Shown in pieces: positions 28,241-37,814 of a stretch of 64,000 nucleotides of DNA. Location of the stretch: the NCBI GenBank assembly GCA_949284695.1, contig CASDWJ010000005.1, positions 9,463-73,462 on the forward strand. Direction: 5' to 3'. How positions within the stretch are numbered: the stretch's first letter is position 1; every line of letters starts with the position of its first letter. The notes below the pieces were generated by a model. The model was not told the origin of the DNA. It made no database searches and saw only the letters and a list, made by a program, of their open reading frames with translations. The stretch is from an uncultured Christensenella sp. (GTDB lineage Bacteria; Bacillota; Clostridia; Christensenellales; UBA3700). Both the position numbers and the translations under genes were made by a program.

Positions 28241-29553
28241 CGATGGAAAGGCTCACACCCAGACAGATAGTAAAAGAGCTTGACAGATACATCATCGGTC
28301 AGCACAACGCAAAAAAGGCGGTCGCAGTCGCGCTCAGGAACCGTTACCGCCGCAGTCAGCTCCCGCCCGAGATAAGCGAGGAGATCACTCCCAAGAACAT
28401 CATCATGCAGGGACCCACGGGCGTGGGCAAGACCGAGATCGCAAGGAGACTCGCCAAGCTCGTCAAAGCGCCGTTCGTCAAAGTGGAAGCGACCAAGTTC
28501 ACAGAGGTCGGCTACGTGGGCAGAGACGTCGAGTCTATGATAAGAGACCTCGTCGAAGTGTCGGTGCGCTTAGTGCGCGACGAGATGATGAAAGACGTGG
28601 AGATCAAGGCGAAAGCCAACGTCTACGCGACGCTTTTCAAGTACGTATTCCCGCTCAGAAAACCCGTTTATGCCGAGAAGTCGGACGACGAGATCAAGGA
28701 GATCGTGAAAAAGGAGCTTGAGAACGGAGAGCTCGACAATATCGTCATCGAGATAGAACTGCCCGAAAACAGCAAGCCGCAACAGCTGATACCGGGCGGC
28801 GTGGAGATAAATATCGGCGACATAATGGGCGGTCTGATGCCCAAGCGCAAGAAGCTGAAAAAGGTCACCGTCGCGCGCGCTTATTCCGCGCTTATGGAAG
28901 CGGAGGCGGACAGGCTCATCGACCCCGACAACGTCAACGCGGAGGCGATAAGACGCGCCGAAAACGAGGGCATAATCTTCATCGACGAGATGGACAAGAT
29001 AGCCGGCAAGGGCAACGCCAACGGTCCCGACGTCTCGAGAGAGGGCGTGCAGAGAGACATTCTCCCGATAGTCGAGGGTTGCACGGTCAATACCAAGTAC
29101 GGTCAGATAAAGACCGACTATATACTGTTCATCGCGGCGGGCGCGTTCCACATTTCGTCCGTATCAGATCTGATACCCGAGCTTCAGGGAAGATTCCCGA
29201 TCAACGTGAAGCTGGACAGTCTGACCGAAAGCGACTTCGTCGAGATACTGACCAAGACGGACAACGCGATACTCCGTCAGTACGAGCAACTGCTCAAGGT
29301 CGACAAGGTGCTTCTCGACTTTACCGACGAGGCGATAAAGGAGATCGCTTCGGTCGCGGCGGCAGAGAACGAAAACAGCGAAAATATCGGCGCAAGGAGA
29401 CTTCATACGATTATGGAGAGCCTGCTCGACGACATTTCTTATAACGCGGGCAACCTCGACAGCGAAGTCACCGTCACGATAGACAGAAATTACGTCCTCG
29501 AGCATCTCGACAAGACGATCAAGACGCTCAATCTGCGCAAATACGTCCTGTAA
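28237..29553 (+). CDS. hslU: ATP-dependent protease ATPase subunit HslU (ClpY)
   Basis: I place the start at ATG 28237 (ATGA overlap with hslV). [39 protein letters not shown]...[15 protein letters not shown] is HslU-typical. Confidence 0.95.
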   Translation: MTMERLTPRQIVKELDRYIIGQHNAKKAVAVALRNRYRRSQLPPEISEEITPKNIIMQGPTGVGKTEIARRLAKLVKAPFVKVEATKFTEVGYVGRDVESMIRDLVEVSVRLVRDEMMKDVEIKAKANVYATLFKYVFPLRKPVYAEKSDDEIKEIVKKELENGELDNIVIEIELPENSKPQQLIPGGVEINIGDIMGGLMPKRKKLKKVTVARAYSALMEAEADRLIDPDNVNAEAIRRAENEGIIFIDEMDKIAGKGNANGPDVSREGVQRDILPIVEGCTVNTKYGQIKTDYILFIAAGAFHISSVSDLIPELQGRFPINVKLDSLTESDFVEILTKTDNAILRQYEQLLKVDKVLLDFTDEAIKEIASVAAAENENSENIGARRLHTIMESLLDDISYNAGNLDSEVTVTIDRNYVLEHLDKTIKTLNLRKYVL

Positions 29554-29566
29554 CAGGAGAAGATAT

Positions 29567-30823
29567 ATGATAAACATACCCAAAGGCACAAAAGACGTTC
29601 TTCCTCAGGAAGCGTACAAATGGCATTACGTCGAAAACCTCGCGCGCAGGACCGCCAAGGACTTCTGCGCGAGCGAGATCCGCACCCCGACGTTCGAGCA
29701 TACCGAACTGTTCCTGCGCGGAGTCGGCGACACGACGGATATAGTCAACAAGGAGATGTATACCTTCGAGGACAAGGGCGGCAGAAGCATTACCCTCAAG
29801 CCCGAAGGCACGGCGGGCGTTGCGCGCGCGTTCATCGAGAACTCGCTTTACGCGGGCGTTCAGCCGACCAAAATGTACTATATCACGCCCGTGTTCCGCT
29901 ACGAGAGACCGCAGGCGGGCAGACTCAGAGAGCACCATCAGTTCGGCGTCGAGTATTACGGCAGCGACAGCCCGTACGCGGACGTAGAGGTGATGATGAT
30001 CGCAAAGACCTTCTTCGACCGCCTCGGGATAAAAAAGCTCAAGCTCAACATCAACAGCATAGGCTGCAAAGAGTGCCGCAAAAATTACAACGCGGCGCTC
30101 AAAGAATATCTGCGCGCAAGGCTCGGCGAGATGTGCCCGACCTGCCGCGAGAGGTTTGAAAAGAACCCGCTCAGGATACTCGACTGCAAAGAAGAAGGCT
30201 GCAAGGCGATAACCGCGGGCGCACCCGCGATACTCGACTACCTCTGCGACGGTTGCCGCGCGCACCACGAGAGCGTTTGCAGTCAGCTGACAAAGCTGGG
30301 CATTGACTTCGAGGTCAATCCGCACATCGTCAGAGGTCTCGACTATTACACCCGCACCGTGTTCGAGTTCATTTCTTCGGATATCGGCGCGCAGGGCACT
30401 GTCAGCGGCGGCGGCAGATACAACGACCTTATCGAGGACGTGGGCGGCAAACCCTGTCCCGCGGTCGGCTTCGGCATGGGTCTCGAAAGACTGATACTGA
30501 CAATGGAAGCGCTCGGGTTGTCTTTCGGCGAAGAAAACGTCCCCGACGTCTATATCGCGCCGCTTTGCGACGAGGCGAAGGACGAGGCGATGCTCATCGC
30601 GGACAAACTGAGACACGCGGGCATATCCTGCGATACCGACATAATCGGCAGGAGCTTCAAGGCGCAACTCAAGTACGTCAACAAGACGGGCGCGAAGTAT
30701 ATGATAGTGATCGGCACCGACGAGATCGCGACAGGTAATTATCAGGTCAAGAATATGCTGTCGGGCAATGCGGAACAGGTGGGCAGAGACGACCTCGTCG
30801 CGTACCTCAACAATCTGAAATAA
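29567..30823 (+). CDS. hisS: Histidine-tRNA ligase
   Basis: 418 aa. ...GTKDVLP...RTPTFEHTELF...YYITPVFRYERPQAGRLREHHQFG... are class II HisRS motifs. Confidence 0.96.
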   Translation: MINIPKGTKDVLPQEAYKWHYVENLARRTAKDFCASEIRTPTFEHTELFLRGVGDTTDIVNKEMYTFEDKGGRSITLKPEGTAGVARAFIENSLYAGVQPTKMYYITPVFRYERPQAGRLREHHQFGVEYYGSDSPYADVEVMMIAKTFFDRLGIKKLKLNINSIGCKECRKNYNAALKEYLRARLGEMCPTCRERFEKNPLRILDCKEEGCKAITAGAPAILDYLCDGCRAHHESVCSQLTKLGIDFEVNPHIVRGLDYYTRTVFEFISSDIGAQGTVSGGGRYNDLIEDVGGKPCPAVGFGMGLERLILTMEALGLSFGEENVPDVYIAPLCDEAKDEAMLIADKLRHAGISCDTDIIGRSFKAQLKYVNKTGAKYMIVIGTDEIATGNYQVKNMLSGNAEQVGRDDLVAYLNNLK

Positions 30824-30861
30824 ACTTTGAAAGACAAGGATAATATAAAGGAAATACGTAT

Positions 30862-32658
30862 ATGGTAGACTTTCTGAACGGAGCAAAGCGCACCAAAATG
30901 TGCGGAGAATTCAGGGCGAGCAATATAGGAAGCCGCGTCACGGTGATGGGCTTCGTCGCCAAGTACCGCAACCTCGGCAACCTGATGTTCATCGACGTCA
31001 GGGACAGGACGGGCATAGTGCAGGTCGCGTTCGACGACAACGTCGACAAGGCGGTTTTTGAAAAGGCGACGACTGTGAGAAACGAGTTCGTCGTCTGCGC
31101 GAGCGGCGTGGTGAGAAGCCGCGGCGGCAACGTCAACGCCAATATGGCAACGGGCGAGATAGAGATCCTTGCCGACGACCTCAAGATACTTTCGGAAGCG
31201 GAGACGACCCCGTTCGTCATAGCGGAAAACGCCAAGGTCGGCGAGACGCTCAGGCTCAAGTACAGATATCTCGATCTGCGCCGTCCGTCGCTTCAAAACA
31301 TTCTCGTCACCCGTGACAAGGTCACGAGACTTCTCAGAAATTATCTTTCCGACAACGGCTTCCTCGAGATAGAGACCCCGTTCCTCGGCAAATCCACGCC
31401 CGAGGGCGCGCGCGACTACCTCGTGCCCAGCCGTATACATCACGGCGAATTTTACGCGCTCCCGCAGTCGCCGCAGATTTACAAACAGCTTCTTATGATC
31501 GCGGGCATGGACAGATATTATCAGATAGCGCGTTGCTTCCGCGACGAGGATCTGCGCGCCAACCGTCAGCCCGAGTTCTCTCAGGTCGACCTCGAGATGT
31601 CTTACGTCGAGAACAGCGAGGACGTCATGGAGATCGCCGAGGGCGCGATCAAAAAGGTGTTCACGGAGTGTTGCGGGCTCAGCTTCGACAAGCCGTTCCG
31701 CCGCATTCCTTACGAAGAAGCGATGAGACGCTGGGGAAGCGATAAACCCGACACGCGTTACGACCTCGAGATACACGACCTCGCGGACGCGGTGAAGGGC
31801 AGCGGTTTTTCCGTGTTTGAAAACGCGCTCGCCGCGGGCGGCAGCGTCAGAGGTATCAACGCGAAAGGTCTTTGCAAGTCTATGACGAGAAAGGACGTAG
31901 ACGCGTGCGCCGATTACGCAAAGAGCTGCGGCGCAAAAGGTCTCGCTTACGCAATGCTCAAAGAGGACGGGTCGGTCACTTCATCGTTCTTCAAATTCCT
32001 TTCCGAAGATCAGATCAAGGAGGTCTGCGAGGCTCTCGACGCAGAGAAGGGCGACGTGATCTTCGTCGTAGCCGACGCGAGCTATATGACGACGGTGACC
32101 ACTCTCGGCTCGCTGAGATGTTACCTTGCGGAAAAATATTCGCTTTACGACAAGAGCGTGTTCGACTTCCTCTGGGTCGTCGATTTCCCGCTCCTCGAGT
32201 ATTCCGAGGAGGAGGGCAGATACGTCGCTGTACACCATCCGTTCACGGCGGCAAAACCCGAGGACGTGCCCCTTCTCGATACAGACCCGCTCAAGGTGCG
32301 TTCCAACGCGTACGATATCGTCATCAACGGTCAGGAAGCGGGCGGCGGAAGTATAAGGATACACGACCCGCGCATGCAGGAGAAGATATTCGGTCTGCTC
32401 GGTCTGACCGAGGAGGAAATAGAGGCGAAATTCGGCTTCTTCGTCGAGGCGTTCAGATACGGCGCACCTCCGCACGGCGGTCTCGCGTTCGGTCTCGACA
32501 GACTGGTCATGATCGTCTGCGGTACAGACAATATAAAAGACGTTATAGCCTTCCCCAAGGTGCAGAACGCGTCCTGCCTTATGACGGGCGCACCGTCGGG
32601 CGTGGACGGCAAACAGCTTGACGAGCTTGCGATTATATGCAAGCGCGACGACGAGTGA
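30862..32658 (+). CDS. aspS: Aspartate-tRNA ligase
   Basis: 598 aa. ...FIDVRDRTGIVQV...QSPQIYKQLLM...FRDEDLRANRQPEFSQVD...GGGSIRIH... are AspRS motifs. Confidence 0.97.
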   Translation: MVDFLNGAKRTKMCGEFRASNIGSRVTVMGFVAKYRNLGNLMFIDVRDRTGIVQVAFDDNVDKAVFEKATTVRNEFVVCASGVVRSRGGNVNANMATGEIEILADDLKILSEAETTPFVIAENAKVGETLRLKYRYLDLRRPSLQNILVTRDKVTRLLRNYLSDNGFLEIETPFLGKSTPEGARDYLVPSRIHHGEFYALPQSPQIYKQLLMIAGMDRYYQIARCFRDEDLRANRQPEFSQVDLEMSYVENSEDVMEIAEGAIKKVFTECCGLSFDKPFRRIPYEEAMRRWGSDKPDTRYDLEIHDLADAVKGSGFSVFENALAAGGSVRGINAKGLCKSMTRKDVDACADYAKSCGAKGLAYAMLKEDGSVTSSFFKFLSEDQIKEVCEALDAEKGDVIFVVADASYMTTVTTLGSLRCYLAEKYSLYDKSVFDFLWVVDFPLLEYSEEEGRYVAVHHPFTAAKPEDVPLLDTDPLKVRSNAYDIVINGQEAGGGSIRIHDPRMQEKIFGLLGLTEEEIEAKFGFFVEAFRYGAPPHGGLAFGLDRLVMIVCGTDNIKDVIAFPKVQNASCLMTGAPSGVDGKQLDELAIICKRDDE

Positions 32659-33359
32659 GAGACAGGGCGAAATCGCGCACCGTAGCCCTGCTCGGCGCGG
32701 AGGCGGTAGAAAGACTCGAGAACGCTCGCGTCGCGGTCGTAGGACTGGGAGGCGTGGGCGGTCACGTGCTCGAGACTCTCGCGCGGGCGGGGGTCGGGAG
32801 ACTTCTGCTTGTAGACGGCGACGTCGTCGACGAGAGCAATCTCAACAGGCAGATAATAGCGACTACGGCGACGGTCGGTATGCCCAAGGCGCAGGCGGCG
32901 AAAGAAAGGACGATCGCGATAAATCCGCTCTGCGAAGTCGAAGCCGTAGGAGAGCGTGTCTGCGAAGCGAACGTCGGAGACCTTCTCAACGGAGATATAG
33001 ATTATATCGCCGACTGCATAGACAGCATAGGAGACAAGATCGCGCTTGTATGTTTTGCCAAAGAAAGGGGAATACCGATAATAAGCGCGTGCGGCGCGGG
33101 CAACAGAAGTCAGCTTTGCGATTTTGAGATAACCGACGTCTACAAGACGAGCAACGATCCTCTCGCGAGAAAGATGAGAGGACTTCTCAAAAACGCGGGG
33201 ATAAAGAAACTCGACGTGTGTTATACGCGCGAGCTTCCGCAAAAGACGGTCGGGGTCGCAAGCGTGCCGTACAATCCGGCGGCGTGCGGGATAAAGATGG
33301 GCGGCTATATAGTGCTCAGGCTCGCTAACCCGATACGTGTCGGCAAAAACGCGGAATAA
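32637..33359 (+). CDS. tcdA: tRNA threonylcarbamoyladenosine dehydratase (ThiF/E1-like; TcdA/YrvM)
   Basis: 240 aa. ...VAVVGLGGVGGHVLETLARAGVGRLLLVDGDVVDESNLNRQ... is E1-like. It follows aspS, as yrvM does in B. subtilis. The exact start is uncertain. Confidence 0.8.
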   Translation: MQARRRVRDRAKSRTVALLGAEAVERLENARVAVVGLGGVGGHVLETLARAGVGRLLLVDGDVVDESNLNRQIIATTATVGMPKAQAAKERTIAINPLCEVEAVGERVCEANVGDLLNGDIDYIADCIDSIGDKIALVCFAKERGIPIISACGAGNRSQLCDFEITDVYKTSNDPLARKMRGLLKNAGIKKLDVCYTRELPQKTVGVASVPYNPAACGIKMGGYIVLRLANPIRVGKNAE

Positions 33360-33379
33360 ATCAAAAAAGGAGAAACGCT

Positions 33380-33694
33380 ATGAGCGAATTCGTAAAAGAG
33401 ATCGACTATTCTCAACTCAAAGAGATCGTGGCAAAAGAAGGCAAAGTCCTTATCGACTTTTTCGCGACCTGGTGCGGACCGTGCAAGATGCTTGCACCCG
33501 TACTCGACAAGGTCGCGGCGGAAATTAAGGACGTCACGTTCGTCAAGGTCGACATAGACAAGAACGTGCAAGCGGCAGAGGAATACGGCGTGCAGGTGAT
33601 ACCCACGCTCATCCTTACCGAAAACGGCGCGATCAGGGCGAGAGAGCAGGGGTTCATGCCCGAGGCGGAACTCAGAGCGTTCGTCGCGCGCTGA
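33380..33694 (+). CDS. trxA: Thioredoxin
   Basis: 104 aa with the WCGPC active site. Confidence 0.93.
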   Translation: MSEFVKEIDYSQLKEIVAKEGKVLIDFFATWCGPCKMLAPVLDKVAAEIKDVTFVKVDIDKNVQAAEEYGVQVIPTLILTENGAIRAREQGFMPEAELRAFVAR

Positions 33695-33757
33695 CAATAC
33701 TCGTTGCACAACGGCATAAAAAACGGGAAAAACGTCGCTTTTTGGCGGCGTTATCGT

Positions 33758-33786
33758 TTGCCTTTTACGCGCGCGTGTAGTATACT
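33758..33786 (+). promoter_or_regulatory. Candidate sigma-A promoter of glyA
   Basis: TTGCCT (33758-33763), 17 nt, TATACT (33781-33786). Confidence 0.4.
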
Positions 33787-33822
33787 TGAACTGTAATAAT
33801 TTTAAAATACCAAGGAGTTATT

Positions 33823-35076
33823 ATGATAGACCTCAAAACGATCAAGGCAGTCGACGAGGAGCTTTACGAGGCTCTCGAGGCGGAACTCAAAAGACAGCAG
33901 GGCAACATCGAGCTTATCGCAAGCGAAAACATCGTCTCTCCCGCAGTGCTCGCGGCGGCAGGTACTCACCTGACCAACAAGTACGCGGAAGGCTATCCCG
34001 CAAAGAGATACTACGGCGGTTGCCAGTACGTCGATATTGCCGAAAAACTCGCTATCGACAGGGCGAAAGAACTGTTCGGCGCAGAATATGCCAACGTTCA
34101 GCCCCATTGCGGCGCAAGCGCGAACCTTGCGGTATTCTTCGCACTCCTTCAGCCCGGCGACACCGTGCTCAGCATGAGCCTCGCGCACGGCGGTCACCTC
34201 AGCCACGGCAGTCCCGTCAACATCAGCGGTAAATATTTCAATATCGTGCCTTATTTCGTTGACGAAAAGACCTGCCTTATCGACTACGACGAGGTTGAAA
34301 AACTCGCAAAAGAATGCAAGCCCAGGCTTATCCTCGCGGGCGCAAGCGCTTATCCGAGAATAATCGACTTCAAGAGATTCAGAGAGATCGCAGATTCTGT
34401 CGGCGCATACCTCATGGTTGATATGGCGCACATCGCGGGTCTCGTCGCGGCGGGTTGCCACCCCAGCCCCGTACCCTATGCGCACGTCGTCACCACGACC
34501 ACGCACAAGACTCTGAGAGGTCCCAGAGGCGGTCTCATCCTCTGCAAGGAAGAACTCGGCAAGCAGATAGACAAGGCTATCTTCCCCGGTACTCAGGGCG
34601 GTCCTCTGATGCACATCATCGCGGCTAAGGCGGTGGCGTTCAAAGAGGCTATGAGCGACGACTTCAAGAAATATCAGCAACAGATCGTAAAGAACGCGAA
34701 GAAGCTGTCCAACGAGCTCATCGAGAGAGGCGTAAGCCTCGTATCGGGCGGCACCGACAACCACCTGATGCTGATCGACCTGACAAGCAAGGGCAAGACG
34801 GGCAAGGAGATCGAGGCGCTTCTCGACAAGGCGCACATCACCGCCAACAAGAACGCGATCCCGTTCGACAAGCAGACCCCGTTCGTCACGAGCGGTATCC
34901 GCGTCGGCACCCCCGCAGTAACTTCGAGAGGTATGAAAGAGGAAGATATGGTCGTGATCGCAGAATGTATCGCCGACATCATCGACAACGGCGAAGAAGC
35001 GGTCGAGAGAAGCGCGAAGAAGGTCGCGGCTCTCTGCGAGAAATATCCCATCTACGCCAACGACGTGATCAGATAA
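33823..35076 (+). CDS. glyA: Serine hydroxymethyltransferase
   Basis: 417 aa. ...[14 protein letters not shown]...[17 protein letters not shown]...[14 protein letters not shown]... is SHMT-typical. Confidence 0.97.
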   Translation: MIDLKTIKAVDEELYEALEAELKRQQGNIELIASENIVSPAVLAAAGTHLTNKYAEGYPAKRYYGGCQYVDIAEKLAIDRAKELFGAEYANVQPHCGASANLAVFFALLQPGDTVLSMSLAHGGHLSHGSPVNISGKYFNIVPYFVDEKTCLIDYDEVEKLAKECKPRLILAGASAYPRIIDFKRFREIADSVGAYLMVDMAHIAGLVAAGCHPSPVPYAHVVTTTTHKTLRGPRGGLILCKEELGKQIDKAIFPGTQGGPLMHIIAAKAVAFKEAMSDDFKKYQQQIVKNAKKLSNELIERGVSLVSGGTDNHLMLIDLTSKGKTGKEIEALLDKAHITANKNAIPFDKQTPFVTSGIRVGTPAVTSRGMKEEDMVVIAECIADIIDNGEEAVERSAKKVAALCEKYPIYANDVIR

Positions 35077-35096
35077 CTTTTACCTTATATAAAAAA

Positions 35097-35121
35097 ACGG
35101 GCAAAAAAAGCCCGTTTTTTT
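35097..35121 (+). terminator. Rho-independent terminator after glyA, with A- and T-flanks
   Basis: ACGGGC-A7-GCCCGT followed by T7. Confidence 0.75.
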
Positions 35122-35142
35122 ATGCCTTTTTATCGTGACGGT

Positions 35143-35246
35143 CGCAATTTTTGCGGCGGCTTTATCTTGAGAAAGCGTAGTCGGACGCGATTTTTGCGGC
35201 GTAACATAAGTGTTTTAAGCAAAACCGTTGCCGCGAATTTTTCGGG
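35143..35246 (+). repeat. Dispersed direct repeats CGC(A/G)ATTTTTGCGGCG in the glyA-iscR spacer
   Basis: The copy at 35143-35158 (CGCAATTTTTGCGGCG) and the copy at 35186-35201 (CGCGATTTTTGCGGCG) share 15/16 positions. A weaker third copy lies at 35232-35246 (CGCGAATTTTTCGGG). Spacing is about 43-46 bp. Confidence 0.5.
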
Positions 35247-35390
35247 ATCCGAGCGTTGTCGGACAATATCGTTGAGACGGCTCACGAGGCAAAAAGAGCG
35301 CCGACGTTGCAGTTTTCAGATAGAAAAATCCTTGCCCGAAACCCGCCGCGAAAGTAGTGAAAAATTTTTATTATAACCCGTATTAAACGG

Positions 35391-35419
35391 TTGACAGAGC
35401 AAGACAATAATAGTAAGAT
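35391..35419 (+). promoter_or_regulatory. Candidate sigma-A promoter of iscR-nifS-nifU
   Basis: TTGACA (35391-35396), 17 nt, TAAGAT (35414-35419). Confidence 0.45.
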
Positions 35420-35448
35420 AATACATAGTAAATTGATAGGGATTAAAG

Positions 35449-35847
35449 ATGAAACTTTCGTCAAAAGGCAGATACGGATTAAAAGCGATGTGCGAGCTTG
35501 CCAAGCATTACGGCGAGGGCGCGCTCTCTCTGCCGTATATCGCGGGAGAGACGCTTCTCAGCGAGAAGTATCTCGAGCAGCTTCTGTCAGTACTCAAAAA
35601 AGACGAGCTGATAGACGCGACGAGAGGAGCGAGCGGCGGCTATTTTCTCAAGAGACCGCCTGAGCAGATCAGCGTCGGCGAGATCCTGAGAAGCCTTGAA
35701 AACGGGCTCGAGATAGTGGACTGCCTTTCGGGCGAATGCAAGAACAAATCTACCTGTCATACTTACGGGGTATGGTCAAAACTGTACCGCGAGATCAACA
35801 AATGCTTAGACGGTATCAGCCTCAAAGAGCTGGTAGAGGGAGAATAG
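35449..35847 (+). CDS. iscR: Rrf2 family transcriptional regulator (IscR-like, with a three-Cys cluster)
   Basis: 132 aa. MKLSSKGRYGLKAMCELA... is an Rrf2 wHTH. CLSGECKNKSTC provides three Cys ligands. It heads the nifS-nifU operon. Confidence 0.8.
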   Translation: MKLSSKGRYGLKAMCELAKHYGEGALSLPYIAGETLLSEKYLEQLLSVLKKDELIDATRGASGGYFLKRPPEQISVGEILRSLENGLEIVDCLSGECKNKSTCHTYGVWSKLYREINKCLDGISLKELVEGE

Positions 35848-35848
35848 A

Positions 35849-37042
35849 ATGGAACGCAGGATATATCTGGACAATTCGGCGACTACGCACACGGACGCGG
35901 AAGTTCTGCAAAAAATGCTGCCGTATTTTTCCGAGGCTTACGGCAACGGATCTTCCCAGCATTTCTTCGGCAGAGAAGCGCTTGCCGCGATAGACGAAGC
36001 GCGTGAAAAGGTCGCGAAAGCCATCGGCGCCAAGCCGAGTGAAATTTACTTCACGTCGGGCGGCACCGAGAGCGACAACTGGGCGATAAAGGGCGCGGCG
36101 CACGCGTTGCGCGCCAAGGGCAACCATATCGTTACGACGGCGATAGAGCACCCCGCGGTGATACAGACATGCAAGAAGCTCGAAAAAGAGGGCTTCGAGG
36201 TCACATATCTGCCCGTGGACAGCGAGGGCTTCGTGACTGCGGAACAGGTCGAAAAGGCGATCACCGACAAGACGGTGCTGATATCGGTCATGACAGCCAA
36301 CAACGAGGTGGGCACGATAGAGCCGATACGAGAGATAGGCGAGGTAGCGAAAAAGCACAAGGTGCTGTTCCATACCGACGCGGTGCAGGCGATAGGCAAT
36401 GTGCCGATAGACGTCGTCAAAGACAATATAGATATGTTGTCTATGAGTGCGCACAAGTTTTACGGGCCTAAGGGCGTCGGCGTGCTGTACAAGCGCACGG
36501 GCGTAAAGACAGAAAGGTTTATGGACGGCGGCGAGCAGGAGAGAAATATGCGCGCTTCCACGCTCAATACTCCGGGTATTGTCGGACTGGGCGCGGCTAT
36601 CGATAAGGCTGTCCGCGATATGGAGAAGAATAACGCGCACGTAAAGGAGCTGAGAGACTTTTTCGTCGCAGAGGTGCTTGCCAATATCAGCGACGTCAGG
36701 TACAACGGCACAAAGGATACGTCGAGGAGACTGGCTTCCAACGCGAATTTCTCGTTCGAGTATATCGAGGGCGAATCCATACTGATGAGTCTCGACCTCG
36801 CGGGCATCGCGGTATCGAGCGGATCTGCCTGTTCCAGCGGCTCGCTGGAGCCGAGTTACGTGCTTCTCTCTCTCGGCGTGCCGATAGAGCTTGCGCACGG
36901 GTCTATCCGCTTCAGCTTCGGCAAGGACAACACGAGAGAAGAAGTGGAGTACACGTTGAAAAAATTATATGAAGTCGTGGCGAGACTGAGAGAAATGTCG
37001 CCGCTTTTCAAAAAATTCGAAGGAGAAAAAAAGTATGTATAA
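35849..37042 (+). CDS. nifS: Cysteine desulfurase (NifS/IscS)
   Basis: 397 aa. ...IYLDNSATT...FTSGGTESDN...SAHKFYGPKGVG...SSGSACSS... is typical of a class V aminotransferase desulfurase. Confidence 0.93.
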   Translation: MERRIYLDNSATTHTDAEVLQKMLPYFSEAYGNGSSQHFFGREALAAIDEAREKVAKAIGAKPSEIYFTSGGTESDNWAIKGAAHALRAKGNHIVTTAIEHPAVIQTCKKLEKEGFEVTYLPVDSEGFVTAEQVEKAITDKTVLISVMTANNEVGTIEPIREIGEVAKKHKVLFHTDAVQAIGNVPIDVVKDNIDMLSMSAHKFYGPKGVGVLYKRTGVKTERFMDGGEQERNMRASTLNTPGIVGLGAAIDKAVRDMEKNNAHVKELRDFFVAEVLANISDVRYNGTKDTSRRLASNANFSFEYIEGESILMSLDLAGIAVSSGSACSSGSLEPSYVLLSLGVPIELAHGSIRFSFGKDNTREEVEYTLKKLYEVVARLREMSPLFKKFEGEKKYV

Positions 37043-37412
37043 CAAGAAAGTAATGGACACTTTTGCAAATCCGCAAAATGTAGGATATATCGAGGACAAC
37101 GACGGCGCGGGCAAGGTCGGCAACGCCACCTGCGGCGACATAATGGAGATCACGATAAAGGTCAAGGACGACGTGATTACCGACGCAAAGTTCCGCACGT
37201 TCGGCTGTGCGGCGGCTGTTGCGACGAGCAGCGTTGCTACGAGCATGGTCATCGGTATGACAGTCGACGAAGCGCTCAAGCTGACCAACGCAAAGGTTGT
37301 GGAATATCTCGAGGGATTGCCTCCGCAGAAGATACATTGCAGCGTGCTTGCTGAAGAAGCTATCAAGGCGGCTATCGAAGATTACCGCAAGAGACAGAGC
37401 GAGAAAAAGTAA
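37035..37412 (+). CDS. nifU: Fe-S cluster assembly scaffold (NifU N-terminal / IscU type)
   Basis: 125 aa. ...GNATCGDIMEI...FRTFGCAAAVATSS...IHCSVLAEEA... carries the three conserved Cys. Confidence 0.93.
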   Translation: MYNKKVMDTFANPQNVGYIEDNDGAGKVGNATCGDIMEITIKVKDDVITDAKFRTFGCAAAVATSSVATSMVIGMTVDEALKLTNAKVVEYLEGLPPQKIHCSVLAEEAIKAAIEDYRKRQSEKK

Positions 37413-37418
37413 TAAAAG

Positions 37419-37445
37419 ACCTCAGACAAAAGTCTGAGGTTTTTT
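37419..37445 (+). terminator. Rho-independent terminator after nifU
   Basis: ACCTCAGAC-AAAA-GTCTGAGGT followed by T5. Confidence 0.8.
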
Positions 37446-37460
37446 CGTGCCCGTGTAGGC

Positions 37461-37497
37461 GAAAGCGGCTTTCTCCGTTGATGAGAGAGCCGCTTTC
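37461..37497 (-). other. 10-bp GC-rich hairpin just downstream of the 44-aa minus-strand ORF, with no U-tract
   Basis: GAAAGCGGCT (37461-37470) pairs with AGCCGCTTTC (37488-37497) across a 17-nt loop. Confidence 0.4.
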
Positions 37498-37514
37498 AGG
37501 TTGATACGGTCTCG

Positions 37515-37649
37515 TCAGTCGAGCATGCTGACGATCTTCTTTCTTATCGCTTTGGTGCGAGACTTCATGTCTCCGGAAGCCACCGCCTTTGCGGCGATAA
37601 GGGTCGTTGCCATACCAACGCCGAAGCCCATAAGAGTTGCGATTTTCAT
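37515..37649 (-). CDS. Hypothetical 44-aa single-pass membrane protein (below the ORF-track size cutoff)
   Basis: Own translation gives MKIATLMGFGVGMATTLIAAKAVASGDMKSRTKAIRKKIVSMLD. A strong SD, GGGAGGTG, lies 5 nt upstream of the ATG. I recognise no family. Confidence 0.45.
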   Translation of the reverse strand: MKIATLMGFGVGMATTLIAAKAVASGDMKSRTKAIRKKIVSMLD

Positions 37650-37814
37650 AACATCACCTCCCGATGATAGTTTGTGTGGTGGGGAGGGGTTTATTCTTGC
37701 AATGTTGTGGAAAATAGATGCAAAAATCCCTTCGTCCGCAAAGTGCGCGCAAGACTAATCATTGTCCGTTGCGGGCATAGAGACGAGGGGATCGACAGAT
37801 TTATACGCTGACTT

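Noticed and set aside
29554-29566. An expected T-box leader upstream of hisS.
   Set aside because: The gap is only 13 nt and contains just an SD. The GGCGGTACCGCG string at about 54668 lies inside the yqfD coding sequence and is coincidental.
35122-35376. An 84-aa ORF in the glyA-iscR spacer.
   Set aside because: It is an Arg-rich low-complexity translation. It starts inside the terminator T-run and has no SD. It is better explained as non-coding spacer (see the repeat finding).
37670-37692. A G-rich tract, GTGGTGGGGAGGGG, as a possible G-quadruplex.
   Set aside because: There are only three usable G-runs, so a canonical four-tract quadruplex cannot form.
37501-37758. An 85-aa plus-strand ORF, and the minus-strand ORF 37691-37885, around the small-protein locus.
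   Set aside because: Neither has an SD. The plus-strand ORF is antisense to the much better supported 44-aa ORF with GGGAGGTG. The other overlaps the GDPD gene end.
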